This document shows positions 28,369 through 37,957 of a DNA stretch of 64,000 nucleotides, one piece after another; position 1 is the stretch's first letter; each line of letters begins with the position of its first letter. A program made the translations under genes and the position numbers. This stretch comes from an uncultured Candidatus Poseidoniales archaeon (lineage in GTDB: Archaea > Thermoplasmatota > Poseidoniia > Poseidoniales > Thalassarchaeaceae), in NCBI GenBank assembly GCA_902593945.1, contig CACJKA010000002.1:80807-144806 (forward strand). The letters run 5' to 3'. The notes beneath the pieces were generated by a model. The model ran no database searches. It saw nothing but the letters and a program-made list of their open reading frames with translations, and was not told where the DNA came from.

Positions 28369-28689
28369 ATGGGTTGGTGGCCATTTAAAAAAAAGGAAAA
28401 GGTCATCCATGATAATCTTCATATTAAAGGTACGAAATTATGGTTACAAGACTTGAGAGAAGTTTGTGAAATGAATTTTGATAATTATACTGAAGGTCAA
28501 AGACTAATTCGGCAAATGCAAATCGAATGGACCGATTGCCACAAAAAAGGAGATGTTTCTGATGAATTATTAGCCGGTTTAGATAGAAGAAGTTTCAGAC
28601 TTTTAAGATCGGATTCTAATGAATGGTTGAAATGGCTAGATGACGAAGATTTTTGGGCACCGGGCTGGGGCGTTGATTCAACTGAGTGA
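28369..28689 (+). CDS. Hypothetical protein (106 aa)
   Basis: ORF with an ATG start whose stop overlaps the next gene. No recognised motif. Confidence 0.4.
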   Translation: MGWWPFKKKEKVIHDNLHIKGTKLWLQDLREVCEMNFDNYTEGQRLIRQMQIEWTDCHKKGDVSDELLAGLDRRSFRLLRSDSNEWLKWLDDEDFWAPGWGVDSTE

Positions 28690-28694
28690 TTATT

Positions 28695-29390
28695 ATGTGG
28701 AGTTGGATTTTATTATTTTCAATACTGGGTGTTACTGTCTTTTGGTACAGTAGGAAACAGCCATTTCCTGAAATAAGTGGCTATTTTGCCGCTATTTTAT
28801 TATTTGTCGCATCGATTTTATGGTTGGCGACAAGCGCTCCAAGAGGTGAAGGGAATGAGTTGGCTCCTGCTTACATATCCACATTTATAGGAGGTTGTGC
28901 TGTGATATATGGTGTAATAAAAATGTCAGTAACAGACGATGATGTTATCGTTGCTCCATTTGGCGGGATTCTATTTTGTATAGGCTCGATAACTCTGCTC
29001 TCTGAAAGATGGAACGAAGCCTCGCAGGCAGAGCAGATTGGTTCATTTATATTAGCTTCAATTTTAGTGATTTTAGAAATTTATCTTGTATTTAGAGGAC
29101 TAATAATTGGCGTACAAGGCATTTCATGGTCTAAATCGGGATTAAGGCAAATTAGTCGAGGGTTGATTCATGGGAAAAACGGTGCTATTTCCCATTTTGA
29201 GAAATCTTGGGACATGGACAAACAATGGATTAATGCTATGAGTCATTCGGCATTAGCGTTGATTTATGAAAAAGAAAATAATGAGGATTCTCGGATCGAA
29301 CATACCATGGAATTAGAGAAAATTGGTGGGTGGGATGCCGTCGATAAATCTTGGATAGAAGCGATAAGAAAACATTTAGATTTGAATTAA
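28695..29390 (+). CDS. Hypothetical integral membrane protein
   Basis: Several hydrophobic helices (WSWILLFSILGVTVFWY, FAAILLFVASILWLA, IGSFILASILVILEIYLVF). First ATG at 28695. Confidence 0.55.
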   Translation: MWSWILLFSILGVTVFWYSRKQPFPEISGYFAAILLFVASILWLATSAPRGEGNELAPAYISTFIGGCAVIYGVIKMSVTDDDVIVAPFGGILFCIGSITLLSERWNEASQAEQIGSFILASILVILEIYLVFRGLIIGVQGISWSKSGLRQISRGLIHGKNGAISHFEKSWDMDKQWINAMSHSALALIYEKENNEDSRIEHTMELEKIGGWDAVDKSWIEAIRKHLDLN

Positions 29391-29426
29391 TGTTTGAGAC
29401 GATTGTTCATATTGACAAACCCTTCC

Positions 29427-29432
29427 GGAGGT
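29427..29432 (+). promoter_or_regulatory. Shine-Dalgarno-like site for the adenosyltransferase gene
   Basis: ggaggt lies 5 nt upstream of the ATG at 29438. Confidence 0.4.
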
Positions 29433-29437
29433 ACAAT

Positions 29438-30025
29438 ATGGTTCGGATAACTAAGGTTCATACCGGCGGTGGGGATGGCGGCGAAACTTCTCTTGTAGAT
29501 GGTTCTCGTGTAGGGAAGGAGCATCCGAGAGTCGCAATCTACGGAACAATTGACGAAGCGAATTCAGCAATTGGTATCGTCCGTTCGGAGATGAAAAGAT
29601 GTGAGTCTAGTGGCATACTTCATACACGTCTTGAAGAGGCTGATCGGATGCTCGGAATTATCCAACAGGAGTTATTCGATGTCGGGGCTGAGTGTGCTTG
29701 CCCTCCGGGTGGCGTACCAGAACAGATGGCAATAATCGGAGCAGATGCTGGCAAAAGATTGGTGGATGAGATGGATTATATGTTGGAAGATTTAGAACCT
29801 TTATCTTCATTCATACTTCCAACAGGGAGTCCAGTTGTAGCACACTTACATATGGCTAGAACTATTGTTCGAAGAGCTGAGAGAGAAGCTTGCGCTCTTC
29901 GTGAAGAGGTTCGAAATGAGGTTATTAGCTATCTCAACCGGCTTTCTGATCACTGTTTCGTACTGTCTCGCTGGCTTACTGGAGAAGAGGGAGAGACTCT
30001 TTGGACTCCTCTCGGTAAAAGATAG
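29438..30025 (+). CDS. pduO: ATP:cob(I)alamin adenosyltransferase, PduO/MMAB type
   Basis: MVRITKVHTGGGDGGETSLVDGSRVGKEHPRVAIYGTIDEANSAIG is the PduO-type N-terminal signature. Start moved from 29351 to the ATG with the SD. Confidence 0.85.
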   Translation: MVRITKVHTGGGDGGETSLVDGSRVGKEHPRVAIYGTIDEANSAIGIVRSEMKRCESSGILHTRLEEADRMLGIIQQELFDVGAECACPPGGVPEQMAIIGADAGKRLVDEMDYMLEDLEPLSSFILPTGSPVVAHLHMARTIVRRAEREACALREEVRNEVISYLNRLSDHCFVLSRWLTGEEGETLWTPLGKR

Positions 30026-30035
30026 GGTGAAATAA

Positions 30036-30647
30036 TTGAGCGTCGAATCTGCTGGGTTCGAAGGAGCATTGATTAGTTTATCGCTAATAGTTGCAATTGG
30101 TGCTCAAAACGCATTTGTAATTCGCCAAGGATTATCCGACAGGCACGTGTTTCTTGTTTGTACAATTTGTGCATTTTCAGATGCTACTCTGATAAGCCTA
30201 GGTGTTTTTGGTTTCGGAGAAATTATATCTAATTCGGATAATCTCTCTGAACTAATAAGATGGTTCGCTATTTCTTTCTTGATCATTTACTCAATAATGA
30301 GATTCAAGGCTGCCTATGACGGTAATGCTCTAGATATTGATGATGGAAAGAATTTTGTCAGTGCTAAAAAGACTGCAATTATTACTCTTGGTTTCACTTG
30401 GTTGAACCCCCATGTTTATCTTGATACTACTGTACTTCTGGGTACTGCTTCACTACAATTTCAGGGTGATGAAAAAATAGCATTTGCCATAGGTGCGATG
30501 ATGTCCTCCTTCCTATTCTTTTACAGTCTCGGTTTCGGAGCTCGTCGTCTAGCGCCATTATTGAAGACTGAAAAGGTATGGAAAATAATTGATGTTGTAA
30601 TAGGCATAATTATGATATGGATAGCCTGGAGCATTTACACAAATTAG
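30036..30647 (+). CDS. argO: LysE/ArgO-family basic amino acid exporter
   Basis: GAQNAFVIRQG and WLNPHVYLDTTVLLG match E. coli ArgO blocks (GPQNAFVMNQG, WLNPHVYLDTFVVLG). TTG start. Confidence 0.8.
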   Translation: MSVESAGFEGALISLSLIVAIGAQNAFVIRQGLSDRHVFLVCTICAFSDATLISLGVFGFGEIISNSDNLSELIRWFAISFLIIYSIMRFKAAYDGNALDIDDGKNFVSAKKTAIITLGFTWLNPHVYLDTTVLLGTASLQFQGDEKIAFAIGAMMSSFLFFYSLGFGARRLAPLLKTEKVWKIIDVVIGIIMIWIAWSIYTN

Positions 30648-31045
30648 TTTAAGTTTAGAAAATCCTTTGCAGAATTTAATAAATTTACTTCCTGATCAAA
30701 AGTTAATTGCTCAGATGCTTCATCGAAATTCACCCACATATAATTAGTATGTTCATGAGATAGTTTGACATTGAGTTCGTCGGTATTTGCTAAATACCAA
30801 AAGACCTGTTTTGTAGTTGGTGATCCTTTGGAAAAGAATGTATATTCTGTTCTAGACATCCAACCGTCGATTATTGAAACCTCAGAGATTCCTGTTTCTT
30901 CTAATAATTCTCTCTTAGCAGTAGCGATGTGGTCTTTGTCATCTTCCTCAATGTGCCCCTTAGGAAAACTCCAATGGCCTTGGGGGTATTGCAGCAAAAG
31001 TATACTATCATAATTCATTAGAATGAAGCCGCATGACGTTTCCAT
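30644..31045 (-). CDS. NUDIX hydrolase
   Basis: Nudix box: FPKGHIEEDDKDHIATAKRELLEETGI (GX5EX7REUXEEXGU). Confidence 0.85.
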   Translation of the reverse strand: METSCGFILMNYDSILLLQYPQGHWSFPKGHIEEDDKDHIATAKRELLEETGISEVSIIDGWMSRTEYTFFSKGSPTTKQVFWYLANTDELNVKLSHEHTNYMWVNFDEASEQLTFDQEVNLLNSAKDFLNLN

Positions 31046-31111
31046 AACATGGGGGAGGGGTTATCGATATTGAATTATACCAAGAGGAGGTAGGCCTTAG
31101 TACTGAATGGG

Positions 31112-32107
31112 GTGATGTCAATGGATATTTACACAAAGGCATTAACCCTAGATATTAAAAAAATAATTACTGATAGTGACTTAGATGGAATAGTCACTGC
31201 TGCCATTTTGAAAAGATGGTGGCCAAACGCAGATGTGATTTTTGGCCATCCGGGCAATTTACGTGCAGGAATGTTGGATGAAATAATAGATAGGAATACA
31301 GCAATTTGCGATCTACCAAGACATGCTGATTGTGGATTAAGTATAGATCATCATAAGTCAAATGACCCACATGGGAATACAATTGATGATTGTGTAATCT
31401 TATGGGAGCCAACCCCTAGTGCAGCTCGAATTGCTTACAACCTTCTAAAAAATAAAATTGATTTGACTGATTTAACAGAGACAATGGCATGGGTTGACAA
31501 ATTAGATGGAGGTTCTATTTCAATTGATGAATTCAAAGGAGATAATCCGGTACTTTGGTTAGGAAGAATTATTGGTTCTAACGAAGACATTACAATGAAA
31601 ATACTTGAAAATATAAAGAACGGTGTATCTATTGAGGAAATATTTGATTTGCCAGATGTGAAATTAGTACTTGATGAAAGAGTGGCTAAACAAGAATATC
31701 TAAATCAAATTATTAAAGAAAATCTCTATATCGTTGATAGATTGGCGATTGCAAGATTGGAAAATCTAAAAATAAGATCTAATGGCTATCTTGTGACATC
31801 GATAGCAGGAGATGAATGTGATGCATGTATGGTTATCCATGGAGATATTGGAGCGGGTTTTGATGAGGAAGGAAAATATCCAGTATCGGCTTCATTTTAC
31901 ACCAATTCTTTCGTTCATAACTCAGGAGGGATATTCGATTTGACGAAATTAGCAACTAATTTTGATCCCGACGGAGGTGGGCATGCCAATGCATGCGGAT
32001 GTAGGATAAAACCAATTGATGGAAAAATAGTCACTAATCGAGAAGTAGTGAGTGAAGATATTGAATCGAATATTAATGAATGGCTAAATATCTGGTCTCA
32101 AAGATAG
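31112..32107 (+). CDS. DHH/DHHA1-family phosphoesterase (NrnA-like)
   Basis: DHH motifs DSDLDG, ICDLP and SIDHH, plus DHHA1 GGGHANACG. Confidence 0.75.
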   Translation: MMSMDIYTKALTLDIKKIITDSDLDGIVTAAILKRWWPNADVIFGHPGNLRAGMLDEIIDRNTAICDLPRHADCGLSIDHHKSNDPHGNTIDDCVILWEPTPSAARIAYNLLKNKIDLTDLTETMAWVDKLDGGSISIDEFKGDNPVLWLGRIIGSNEDITMKILENIKNGVSIEEIFDLPDVKLVLDERVAKQEYLNQIIKENLYIVDRLAIARLENLKIRSNGYLVTSIAGDECDACMVIHGDIGAGFDEEGKYPVSASFYTNSFVHNSGGIFDLTKLATNFDPDGGGHANACGCRIKPIDGKIVTNREVVSEDIESNINEWLNIWSQR

Positions 32108-32640
32108 GTGAACAAGTATAAAAATCCAAGAAATGCGTGTATTACAACCAGATACATCATTACATCACTTATTCTTCCGTGTAGATTGCTAATCTTCCCG
32201 TAAGGTTTCTGACTCTTCCTATTTTTACTGGCTTCGATGCCGAGATGCCTCAAATATATCATCAAGAAAAGTCCAATGATGCCGGCCCAGCCATGAAAAT
32301 GGTTTGGTATTAAGTCAGAAAAAGTAACTACTCCGTTATTAATTTGGAAATATATTATCTTTGAAACAAAGGCCAGACAAATTACTAATATTACATAAAT
32401 GAATATCTTATTTCCTATTTTTTCATGTTTATAAATCGCCTCATTTCTTTCATCTTTTGGTAATTTGGCCCTCTCCTGACGCCATTTTCTTTGTTTGAAA
32501 AATTCTCGAATAATTGCTAAAGCGGCAAGAGGGTGAAGAAGGATTACTATCGTGGCCAGAGCCTCCATGAACACTCCTGAATCGTAACATATCTTGAGTT
32601 CTCGCTTTTTCTGTCTTGCATAATAAGGCGGTGCGTTCAT
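32098..32640 (-). CDS. Hypothetical integral membrane protein (180 aa)
   Basis: Four hydrophobic segments. No recognised motif. Confidence 0.5.
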   Translation of the reverse strand: MNAPPYYARQKKRELKICYDSGVFMEALATIVILLHPLAALAIIREFFKQRKWRQERAKLPKDERNEAIYKHEKIGNKIFIYVILVICLAFVSKIIYFQINNGVVTFSDLIPNHFHGWAGIIGLFLMIYLRHLGIEASKNRKSQKPYGKISNLHGRISDVMMYLVVIHAFLGFLYLFTYL

Positions 32641-32680
32641 GTAGGAGGGGCTTTGGGGCGACTTATCGGAGTGTCTTCAT

Positions 32681-35600
32681 TTGGAGCAGTATCTATTAGA
32701 TTGTATCTCAGACCTGCAAAGAGCGGGTGATGATGCAGGTCGTAGAAAGAGAGCGATTAATAAATCGGATACGTGGGATTTGCTAAATAAAAACTGGAAA
32801 GCATTGGCTGTTTTAGCAGCAGAAAAAACTGCACCGAAAGCAATAGATAAAGAGAGTATTGAAAATAAAAATAATGTCATCAATCGTGGCCACAGGAATA
32901 GAATTGGGAGAAGAGGCGGTAGGCAAAGTAGGATGGGTTTGGAAGATCATTTGCCTACACCACAACAGGCTATTAACTCAGAAAACCCTGCCGCATTCAA
33001 ATTATCTGTATTAATTGCTCAAAAGCATAAAATGACGACATGGGATGAATCATTTGATGAACAGATGAATATATTGAGATTAGAATGTAGTCAAGGCATT
33101 CATCCTGTTTGGAGTAGATTAGCTAGAGAAGCACCAATATTTGCTGAATTTGAAAGATTCGATATTGTAGAGGAGAAAACTAAAATCTTCGACTCAAAAG
33201 AATGGATTGAAGCAGCAAATTTGGACCCTAATGATATAGTCGGCCTAAGAAGATGGTTGAGTATGGAAATACCATTCGTCCTGTCATCCGCACAGGCCCT
33301 TTCTTTAGAAAAAATTCGTAAAGATCTTGCTGGGAAGCCAAGGCCTTTTACATGGCCTCAAATAATGAAAGGGAAATTGAGAGGTCTAGAAAATGAAGGG
33401 GCTTTACTAGAATCAATGCTACTTCTTTGTGCTAATTCTAATGAGGCATTGGGTGTACTTGAAAAAATAAAAAATCACAGTGAAATGAAAACAGTTGTTT
33501 CAAAACAAAAAAAATTATTTTTACTCGATTCAGACAATGGTGACGTTATCATCGACTGCGTCAATCAAAAAGGCGAAGATGATCTCGCTAACGCAATTAG
33601 AGTTAAGGCATGGAAAAAAATAGAATTAATTGATGAGGAGATACCTCTAGAAATATTACTAAAGGGCAAAGAAATATTAGAAAATGCAAATGAAAATGTA
33701 CCATCCATTTTACTCTGGCGAATTAGTAAAGGTTTATTTGAAAAAGAAGAATATGTTGAATCAATTAAAATAATTGAGGGTTTAACAATAAATGATGATG
33801 AGGAGTTGGTATTTGCAATAAAAGTCATTTCAAAAAGCGACTCTGAGAAGTTTGAACGAAACATCTTACAGTCTCTGGGAAATGCCGGAGAAGAGTGTGT
33901 TGCATTTGCTATGGGTTGTATAGACGCTCCTCCCAATATTCAACTAGAAGCATCTAAAATTCTTTCTAAAAAGGATTCGATTAGATATACGGACGAAATA
34001 CTATCGGTCATGACTCGAACAGCAGATATTGAAAATCTAGCTGAAAAAATGAATGAAGATAGTTCGTTAGGATTGGTCTATCCGTTTAGAGCGTTGATGG
34101 TATGGCACCTAATGCCTGCAGAAGCAGGAGTGAAAAAGATTGATGAATTGATTAGTTTAAGGAAACAGGCTCTATTTTCGTTAGAAAAATCAGAGAAAGA
34201 TGATGTCCTTTCTGATGTTTCTATATCTCTAATCTCCTTATTAGGAGGCGTTCCTTCCAACATTGATTCAATTCATAAAATCTTAGATAAAGGGGCTATT
34301 ATTGTATTGAACCAGGTAAGAAAGGCACTGTCTTCAGACGGTTCTGGCGTTGTGAAAGACTCTTTAATTTCCTCCTTGGAAGAATCAATTGATGAAATCA
34401 AATTATCGACCTTAGATCGAAGATTGTTTGATGCCTTAATTGATTCATTGTATGTAAATTCATCGGCTATGCAATTACAATCGGGAAATTCTGAAAAAGA
34501 AGAAAATGCACTATTGACATTAGAGAGGCTCGCAAGTAAAGAAAATAACACAATTAGGACGATTAGAGCGATAACAAATCTAGTTAAGGAGCATAATATA
34601 GGGATTGAATCTTTAGAAAAATGGTATAGAGTTCATGATAAAGAGTCCGCTGAATATCAAATTATTCGTGCTGCTCTGCAGAAGAAAAGTGGGAATAGAC
34701 TAAATGCGGCTAGAGCTTACAAAGAAGGTGCCCTAAAGATAGAAGATGATTATGAAGAGTCATCTTTGATTCTCAGAAAGGCGATGATTGAATATGCACA
34801 TTCCGAAACATGGCAAGAGGCTGTCGATCTCTTAGATCGAAATCCAGAATTGGAAACATTGTTGACTCAAAGATTTCAGCTATATTTGAGAACATGTGCC
34901 GATAATAATTCGGGTAAAACCGATATTGCGACCAGGAGATTAATACGATTTGTGAGCGAGCAAGAAAAGGCTAAGGAAGATTTTGATGGCGACTACAATA
35001 AGAGGAGAAAGGAGGCTCTAGAGTTAATTCAAAGGTATCCTGATGAACATAATCTACCCGATAGAAATTTCAAAGGAAGAGTGAAGGCTGCTTTGATGAC
35101 TTTAGAAAAATCAAGTGGCTCAAGAGAGTCTGACTTAGAAAGACGTTTTCAACTTGAACTGCATGATATGAAAGATATTTTTGAATTGACTTTGTTGGGG
35201 GAGCAAATTGCTGAAGAAAATCCTCTTCGAGGAATAAGAAGATTCGAAGAGGCTATCGAAACCGGTTACTTCAAAGGTAGACAGGTGGAAAGATTGAGAG
35301 ACACTCAACGAGCGGTTTTTGTCAGCCAAAGTGCCAACATACCTATCAAAGACAGGAGAACTCTGAAAAATCTTGGCTTGAAGTCATTAATATTGGTTGA
35401 TACCAATGTATTAATTCACGCACTAAAGGATGATTTGCTTCAAGAAATTTCTAATGATGATTTTGGTTCCTTTGATTGGTCTGTTGAAAGATCATTTCAT
35501 ATGATGTTAAGGAGAAAGGGAGGGAAAGAAACATTTCTTTCAATTCCACCTGCAGCATTGTCAGAATTTACTAATAGAACGAAAAATCCGAAAACTGTAC

Positions 35601-36049
35601 TGAAATTATTCAATGATGTCTATATTAATAGAGAACAGTGGAAGAAGAAAATAACTCCGGAATTCCTGAAAAAGAAAGTAAAGCAAATATGTAAATCTTT
35701 CAGCACTTGGCCCCAAGAAGATTATTCCAAGAAATTGTCAAAGATTGAGTTGGAAGAATTTTTACTAAAACACGAAAATATATTCCAATTAGTCGATGAT
35801 CAAAAGCGGAAAAGGGCAGAAGAAATTCCAATACGTACTGAATTGAATGGGAAAGAAATTTACCCGGAGAGAGGAGATATGGAAATTATGCGAGATGCTG
35901 CCTCACTCGCCTCTTTACCTTTGCAAGAAATTGGTAGTATTTTAGTAGCCACAAGAGATTCTGATTTCAGACTTGTATCGAGAGCTTTGGAAGAAGAATA
36001 TGGATTCGGCGTTGTCTCTGATGCTCAACAACTAAATTCGAGAATATGA
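32681..36049 (+). CDS. Large alpha-helical protein (1122 aa) with a C-terminal PIN-domain nuclease
   Basis: The last ~220 aa carry PIN acidic positions in the canonical order: LILVDTNVLI, PPAALSEFTNR, GDMEIMRDAAS, VATRDSDF. The remainder is helix-rich and K/E/L-rich, with no P-loop. The start is uncertain (TTG at 32681). Confidence 0.7.
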   Translation: MEQYLLDCISDLQRAGDDAGRRKRAINKSDTWDLLNKNWKALAVLAAEKTAPKAIDKESIENKNNVINRGHRNRIGRRGGRQSRMGLEDHLPTPQQAINSENPAAFKLSVLIAQKHKMTTWDESFDEQMNILRLECSQGIHPVWSRLAREAPIFAEFERFDIVEEKTKIFDSKEWIEAANLDPNDIVGLRRWLSMEIPFVLSSAQALSLEKIRKDLAGKPRPFTWPQIMKGKLRGLENEGALLESMLLLCANSNEALGVLEKIKNHSEMKTVVSKQKKLFLLDSDNGDVIIDCVNQKGEDDLANAIRVKAWKKIELIDEEIPLEILLKGKEILENANENVPSILLWRISKGLFEKEEYVESIKIIEGLTINDDEELVFAIKVISKSDSEKFERNILQSLGNAGEECVAFAMGCIDAPPNIQLEASKILSKKDSIRYTDEILSVMTRTADIENLAEKMNEDSSLGLVYPFRALMVWHLMPAEAGVKKIDELISLRKQALFSLEKSEKDDVLSDVSISLISLLGGVPSNIDSIHKILDKGAIIVLNQVRKALSSDGSGVVKDSLISSLEESIDEIKLSTLDRRLFDALIDSLYVNSSAMQLQSGNSEKEENALLTLERLASKENNTIRTIRAITNLVKEHNIGIESLEKWYRVHDKESAEYQIIRAALQKKSGNRLNAARAYKEGALKIEDDYEESSLILRKAMIEYAHSETWQEAVDLLDRNPELETLLTQRFQLYLRTCADNNSGKTDIATRRLIRFVSEQEKAKEDFDGDYNKRRKEALELIQRYPDEHNLPDRNFKGRVKAALMTLEKSSGSRESDLERRFQLELHDMKDIFELTLLGEQIAEENPLRGIRRFEEAIETGYFKGRQVERLRDTQRAVFVSQSANIPIKDRRTLKNLGLKSLILVDTNVLIHALKDDLLQEISNDDFGSFDWSVERSFHMMLRRKGGKETFLSIPPAALSEFTNRTKNPKTVLKLFNDVYINREQWKKKITPEFLKKKVKQICKSFSTWPQEDYSKKLSKIELEEFLLKHENIFQLVDDQKRKRAEEIPIRTELNGKEIYPERGDMEIMRDAASLASLPLQEIGSILVATRDSDFRLVSRALEEEYGFGVVSDAQQLNSRI

Positions 36050-36094
36050 GATAGATGTGTGATTAAAATTCAAATGATTTATTTTCTTGAATAT

Positions 36095-37324
36095 TCACAT
36101 ATGGGAGATTAATGCTTCTCCGAAATCTGAACAACTCAGTAATTTAGCATCATCCATCAATCTTTCAAAGTCATAGGTTACTGTTTTTGCCGATATTGCA
36201 CCTTCCATGCCTTTCACAATTAGGTCCGCTGCTTCATTCCAACTCATATGACGGAGCATCATTTCTGCAGAAAGTATCAAAGAACCAGGATTGACTTTGT
36301 TTTGTCCTGTATATTTTGGTGCGGTTCCATGCGTGGCCTCGAATATAGATATTCCAGTGTCATAATTAATATTGGCGCCCGGAGCTATTCCAATCCCTCC
36401 GACTTGAGCCGCTAAAGCATCAGAAATATAGTCGCCATTAAGATTCATTGTCGTCAACACTTCATACTCTTTGGGCCTTGTAAGAACTTGCTGAAGCATG
36501 GCATCGGCAATTACATCTTTAATTATAATTTGATTATTCGTTTTTGGATTATTCATGGTACACCAAGGTCCGCCGTCTAATTCCTTTGCACCAAACTCAT
36601 CCTTAGCTAACTGATATCCCCAATCTCTGAAACCACCTTCTGTAAACTTCATTATGTTTCCTTTGTGAACTATTGTAACACTCGATTTATCATTATCTAT
36701 AGCATAATTAATTGCTGCTCTAACTATCCTAGATGTCCCTTCACTGCTAATCGGTTTTATCCCTATTCCACTAGTTTCCGGGAATCTAATTTTAGTCACT
36801 CCCATTTCATTTTGAAAGAAATTGATTACTTTCTTAACTTCTGGACTTCCTGCTTCCCATTCAATTCCCGCGTAAACATCTTCACTATTTTCACGGAAAA
36901 TTATCATGTCAACGAATTCTGGATTTCGGACAGGGCTAGGAGTTCCTTCGTACCACCTAACCGGACGGACGCATGCAAATAGATCGAGCTTTTGGCGGAG
37001 TGCAACATTAAGACTTCTAATTCCTCCTCCAACAGGAGTAGTCAATGGCCCTTTGATAGATACTAATCCAGTCCTCATACATTCAAGGGTTTCTTCCGGT
37101 AGCCATTCGCCGGTTTTATCAAATGCTTTTTGACCGGCTAAAACTTCATTCCAATGTATTTTACGTTGTCCTGAATATGCCTTTTCTACCGCAGCGTTGA
37201 CCACGTTAATCATTACCGGCGTGATATCGATTCCAATACCGTCGCCTTCAATATAATGCACTAGAGGCTGATCGGGGACAATTAAGTTGCCGTTTTTGAT
37301 TGAAATTGCTGCTCCCTCGGACAT
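36095..37324 (-). CDS. icd: Isocitrate dehydrogenase (NADP-dependent, prokaryotic homodimeric type)
   Basis: [42 protein letters not shown] and HGTAPKY match E. coli Icd. The ATG at 37324 ([12 protein letters not shown]) is preferred over the GTG at 37342. Confidence 0.95.
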   Translation of the reverse strand: MSEGAAISIKNGNLIVPDQPLVHYIEGDGIGIDITPVMINVVNAAVEKAYSGQRKIHWNEVLAGQKAFDKTGEWLPEETLECMRTGLVSIKGPLTTPVGGGIRSLNVALRQKLDLFACVRPVRWYEGTPSPVRNPEFVDMIIFRENSEDVYAGIEWEAGSPEVKKVINFFQNEMGVTKIRFPETSGIGIKPISSEGTSRIVRAAINYAIDNDKSSVTIVHKGNIMKFTEGGFRDWGYQLAKDEFGAKELDGGPWCTMNNPKTNNQIIIKDVIADAMLQQVLTRPKEYEVLTTMNLNGDYISDALAAQVGGIGIAPGANINYDTGISIFEATHGTAPKYTGQNKVNPGSLILSAEMMLRHMSWNEAADLIVKGMEGAISAKTVTYDFERLMDDAKLLSCSDFGEALISHM

Positions 37325-37385
37325 TGTTCTCAGAGATGCCACTTACCACTCATTCATGAAGCCAACCCCTCTGCCTTAACAAGAA

Positions 37386-37787
37386 GTGAATCGGATGAAA
37401 GGGGTAGTTAGGTGGGTAACCGGTGAAGAAATAGAAGGTGAAACTGACAATGGCAAAATTACTCAATTCCATAGTGAAACTGCAGCAAGTCCTATGCAAA
37501 TTGTTCTTCAAGCACATGGAGCATGTTCATTGATCGATATAATTGATGGATTGAAGCATAGGATGGAAAATGTAAGAGCTATGTGGATTGAATTGGAATC
37601 TGAGAGATCTTCTGAGCGCCCAAAAGTTTTCACTTATGTGAATATGAAGTATGTAATTGAGGGAGATGTCCCAGAGAAATTAGTTAGAAGGTTGATACAT
37701 CAAAGTCATGAGAAATATTGTTCAGTTGGAGTAATGATAACAAGGTCCGGAGCAAAACTTGATTGGAGTCTTGATTTGCGGCCATAA
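37386..37787 (+). CDS. OsmC/Ohr-family protein
   Basis: The size and the two conserved Cys contexts (LQAHGACSLID, HEKYCSVG) are typical of OsmC-like peroxiredoxins. Confidence 0.7.
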   Translation: MNRMKGVVRWVTGEEIEGETDNGKITQFHSETAASPMQIVLQAHGACSLIDIIDGLKHRMENVRAMWIELESERSSERPKVFTYVNMKYVIEGDVPEKLVRRLIHQSHEKYCSVGVMITRSGAKLDWSLDLRP

Positions 37788-37943
37788 CCTTTGAAATTAA
37801 CAAAATTTCTAAACAAGTCGTTCTACTAAAAAAGTAGGAAAAATAAGGAAAAGAAAGAGTGGCTTTCGTAAAGCATTAAACACCCTCTATTCCGAAGAGG
37901 AAATCCCTTACGCCGAGGACCCCATATCTATACTTTCAAAAAC

Positions 37944-37948
37944 AGGAG
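37944..37948 (+). promoter_or_regulatory. Shine-Dalgarno-like site for nrdJ
   Basis: aggag lies 9 nt upstream of the ATG at 37958. Confidence 0.35.
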
Positions 37949-37957
37949 TGTGAATCT

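Noticed and set aside
29351-29437. Upstream 29 codons of the adenosyltransferase ORF, overlapping the preceding membrane-protein gene
   Set aside because: The ATG at 29438 has a GGAGGT SD at optimal spacing and aligns with the conserved PduO-type N-terminus.
37920-37940. NrdR-box-like or cobalamin-riboswitch element upstream of nrdJ (ccccatatctatac)
   Set aside because: It shows only a partial resemblance to the palindromic NrdR box, with no second box. No B12-box consensus was recognisable.
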